Origin: Clostridia bacterium
GTDB lineage: Bacteria > Bacillota > Clostridia > UBA1212 > DUPL01
Direction of reading: 5' to 3'
NCBI GenBank assembly: GCA_050951325.1
Contig: JBMNIW010000012.1
Location: 512,001-576,000 of the forward strand
Length of the DNA: 64,000 nt
Below, piece by piece: positions 61,504 through 64,000 of this stretch. Under the pieces are notes generated by a model. That model ran no database searches. It worked only from the letters and a program-made list of their open reading frames with translations, and was not told the DNA's origin. How positions within the stretch are numbered: position 1 is the first letter of the stretch; the number at the start of each line of letters is the position of its first letter. A program made the position numbers and the translations under genes.

Positions 61504-62856
61504 ATGGTTGTAAAATTTGAAGAGATTAGTGCAAACAAGGTGAAATTATATATAGAATCAACACCTGAGCAGGTTAAGGAGAAAATTGCAGAAGCATATA
61601 GACGCAACAGAAAAAAATACAATGTAAAAGGGTTCAGACCTGGCAAGGCTCCTCAGAAGATTATTGAGCAGTACTATGGCAAGGAAGTATTTTTTAGCGA
61701 TGCCTTTGATCTGTTTGTCAATGAGGAATATTTCAAGGCTATTGATGAGAAGAAACTTGTTCCCTATGGCGATCCAAAGATTGCCGATGTAGTAATAGAA
61801 GAGGATAAAATGGCTTTCAGCGCAGAAGTTTCAATTATGCCAATGCCTGAGTTTGGAGAGTTCAAGGGTATTGAGGTTCCCGAGTTGAGTGACGAGGTTA
61901 CAGACGAGGAGCTGGAGGCTGAAATCAAGCAGGAAATCAAAAGAAATTCAAGGCTTGTTGAGGTTACAGACAGACCGGCTCAAAATGACGACGTTTTGAC
62001 CGTTGATTTTGTTGGTACGGTTGATGGTGTTGAGTTTGAAGGCGGAAAAGCCGAAGGAGCTTCCGTTACATTGGGAGAGGGCAGATTCATTCCCGGGTTT
62101 GAAGAGCAGCTCGTTGGAGCTACTGCCGGAAGCGAAGTAACCGTTAATGTCACATTCCCTGAAGACTACTTCGGCGAAGATCTGGCAGGCAAGGATGCGG
62201 TGTTTAATGTTAAGGTACATGATGTTAAGGCTTGGGAAGAGCCTGAGTTCAATGACGATTTTGTATCTGATATCAGTGAGTTTGAGACAGTTGACGAGTA
62301 CAAACAAAGTATCAGGGAAAAGCTTATGGAAGCAAAGCGTCTTGAAAATCGCAAGATTCAGGAAGATCATGCCGTAAGGACATTGGTTGAGACTTCCACA
62401 ATTAACCTGCCTGAGGAAATGATAGAAAACAACATAGAGAGAGATTTTAACAGATTTGCTGAAAATATACAGATGTACGGCATGCAAATTGATGACTATG
62501 CCAGAATGATTGGCAAAACAGTTAATGAGATGAAGGAAGAAATGGCAGAGGAGTCCCGCAGGAGACTTTTTGAAAACTATGCATTGGTTAAGCTTGCCGA
62601 GAAGGAAGAATTGATGCCAAGTCCGGAACAGCTGGATGAGCTTATCAAGCTTAATGCAATGGAGTTTAGAATGACAGAGGAGAATTTCAGGAAGGAAATT
62701 CAAAAGAATCCTGGAATTTTAGACTATTTGGTTGAAGAAGGTATGAGAGATTCTGCAATCAAGCTGATTATGGACAATGTTGTTTACGTTGATCCTGACA
62801 AGTTTCAGGTCGAAGAAGAGGTAGAGGAAGAGAATAAAGAGGAGAAAGAGGAATAA
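61504..62856 (+). CDS. tig: Trigger factor
   Basis: GFRPGKAP, FKBP DFVG...FEGG, FIPGFEEQL, VTFPEDY. Confidence 0.96.
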   Translation: MVVKFEEISANKVKLYIESTPEQVKEKIAEAYRRNRKKYNVKGFRPGKAPQKIIEQYYGKEVFFSDAFDLFVNEEYFKAIDEKKLVPYGDPKIADVVIEEDKMAFSAEVSIMPMPEFGEFKGIEVPELSDEVTDEELEAEIKQEIKRNSRLVEVTDRPAQNDDVLTVDFVGTVDGVEFEGGKAEGASVTLGEGRFIPGFEEQLVGATAGSEVTVNVTFPEDYFGEDLAGKDAVFNVKVHDVKAWEEPEFNDDFVSDISEFETVDEYKQSIREKLMEAKRLENRKIQEDHAVRTLVETSTINLPEEMIENNIERDFNRFAENIQMYGMQIDDYARMIGKTVNEMKEEMAEESRRRLFENYALVKLAEKEELMPSPEQLDELIKLNAMEFRMTEENFRKEIQKNPGILDYLVEEGMRDSAIKLIMDNVVYVDPDKFQVEEEVEEENKEEKEE

Positions 62857-62890
62857 ATTTAATTAAAATATATAAAAAAGGAGTGATATT

Positions 62891-63475
62891 ATGCCAAGCA
62901 TTCCATTTGTTGTAGAACAGACGAGCAGAGGAGAGCGTCATTATGATATATATTCACGCCTCCTGAATGATAGAATAATAGTACTAAGTGATGAAGTAAA
63001 TGACGTTACCGCCAGTCTGGTGGTAGCACAGCTTTTATATCTTGAATCGGAGAATCCCGACAAGGATATACAGTTATACATCAACAGTCCTGGAGGAAGT
63101 GTAACTGCAGGAATGGCGATTTTCGACACAATGGAGTTTATCAAGTGTGATGTTTCCACAATTTGTGTCGGTATGGCGGCCAGCATGGGTGCGTTGCTGC
63201 TTGCAGCAGGTACAAAGGGCAAGAGGTATGCTTTGCCCAACAGTGAGATAATGATTCACCAGCCATTGGGAGGCGCAAGAGGTCAGGCTACTGACATCAA
63301 GATCCATGCTGATCATATTATTAAAACAAGAGAAAAGTTGAACAGAATACTTAGCGAAAAAACGGGTCAGCCTTTAAGCAAGATTGAGAAGGATACGGAC
63401 AGGGACAACTTTATGACGGCTCAGGAAGCTTTGGAATACGGTCTTATCGACAAGGTTATGACAAAAAGGGCATGA
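62891..63475 (+). CDS. clpP: ATP-dependent Clp protease proteolytic subunit
   Basis: [35 protein letters not shown]. Confidence 0.98.
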   Translation: MPSIPFVVEQTSRGERHYDIYSRLLNDRIIVLSDEVNDVTASLVVAQLLYLESENPDKDIQLYINSPGGSVTAGMAIFDTMEFIKCDVSTICVGMAASMGALLLAAGTKGKRYALPNSEIMIHQPLGGARGQATDIKIHADHIIKTREKLNRILSEKTGQPLSKIEKDTDRDNFMTAQEALEYGLIDKVMTKRA

Positions 63476-63497
63476 CCCAGAGAGGTAAAGGTGAAAA

Positions 63498-64000
63498 ATG
63501 GCAAAGTACGATGATCGTCAGGTAAGATGTTCTTTTTGTGGAAAAAGAGAACAGCAAGTACGCAGGTTGATTGCAGGTCCTGGTGTGTATATTTGTGACG
63601 AATGCGTTGACCTTGCGGTTGACATAATTGAAGAGGAATTCGGAGATGAATATGACGATTTGGAAGAACAGCCTTTTGAACTGCTGAAACCGGCGGAAAT
63701 GAAGGCTGCACTGGACGAGTACGTGATCGGCCAGGAAGAAGCCAAGAAAGCTCTTTGTGTGGCAGTATATAACCACTACAAGCGTATAAATGAATTAAGA
63801 GACAAGAACAAAAAGGAAGATGTTGAGATTTCAAAAAGCAATGTTCTGTTGATAGGCCCCACTGGTGTTGGAAAGACTTATCTGGCCCAGACCATGGCAA
63901 AGTTGTTAAATGTGCCTTTTGCCATAGCGGATGCGACAAGTCTTACAGAAGCAGGCTATGTGGGTGAGGACGTTGAGAATATTCTGCTGAGACTATTGCA
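63498..64000 (+). CDS. clpX: ATP-dependent Clp protease ATP-binding subunit ClpX (5' part; runs off the window)
   Basis: CSFC...ICDEC zinc finger, [33 protein letters not shown]. Confidence 0.97.
   Translation, partial: MAKYDDRQVRCSFCGKREQQVRRLIAGPGVYICDECVDLAVDIIEEEFGDEYDDLEEQPFELLKPAEMKAALDEYVIGQEEAKKALCVAVYNHYKRINELRDKNKKEDVEISKSNVLLIGPTGVGKTYLAQTMAKLLNVPFAIADATSLTEAGYVGEDVENILLRLL

Overview
This window is chromosomal DNA from a spore-forming Clostridia-like (Bacillota) bacterium. Housekeeping genes include the polC 3' end, asnS, an aroF-tyrA-aroB-aroA-aroC-pheA operon, a phosphoglucomutase, metG, tig-clpP-clpX and tRNA-Arg(CCT). Sporulation-related genes are a SafA-like LysM-CAP protein, a CotH-family kinase and sigK. 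There is also a five-gene MoxR/DUF58/VWA operon and a set of uncharacterised surface proteins that probably act on carbohydrates. Main observations: (1) An intact, AT-rich IS1634-family element sits exactly between two ~1.25 kb direct repeats (39238-40503 and 42436-43671). They resemble a giant target-site duplication but have diverged in a patchy way. (2) Two paralogous ~810-aa membrane-anchored GH99/GH71-like proteins and a lipoprotein share an unannotated N-terminal domain, and AraC/lipoprotein/hydrolase modules recur. (3) sigK has neither a pro-peptide nor a skin element. (4) Several ORFs are disrupted, including metG with three single-base insertions that are probably sequence errors. All protein calls come from motif recognition by eye; no searches were run.
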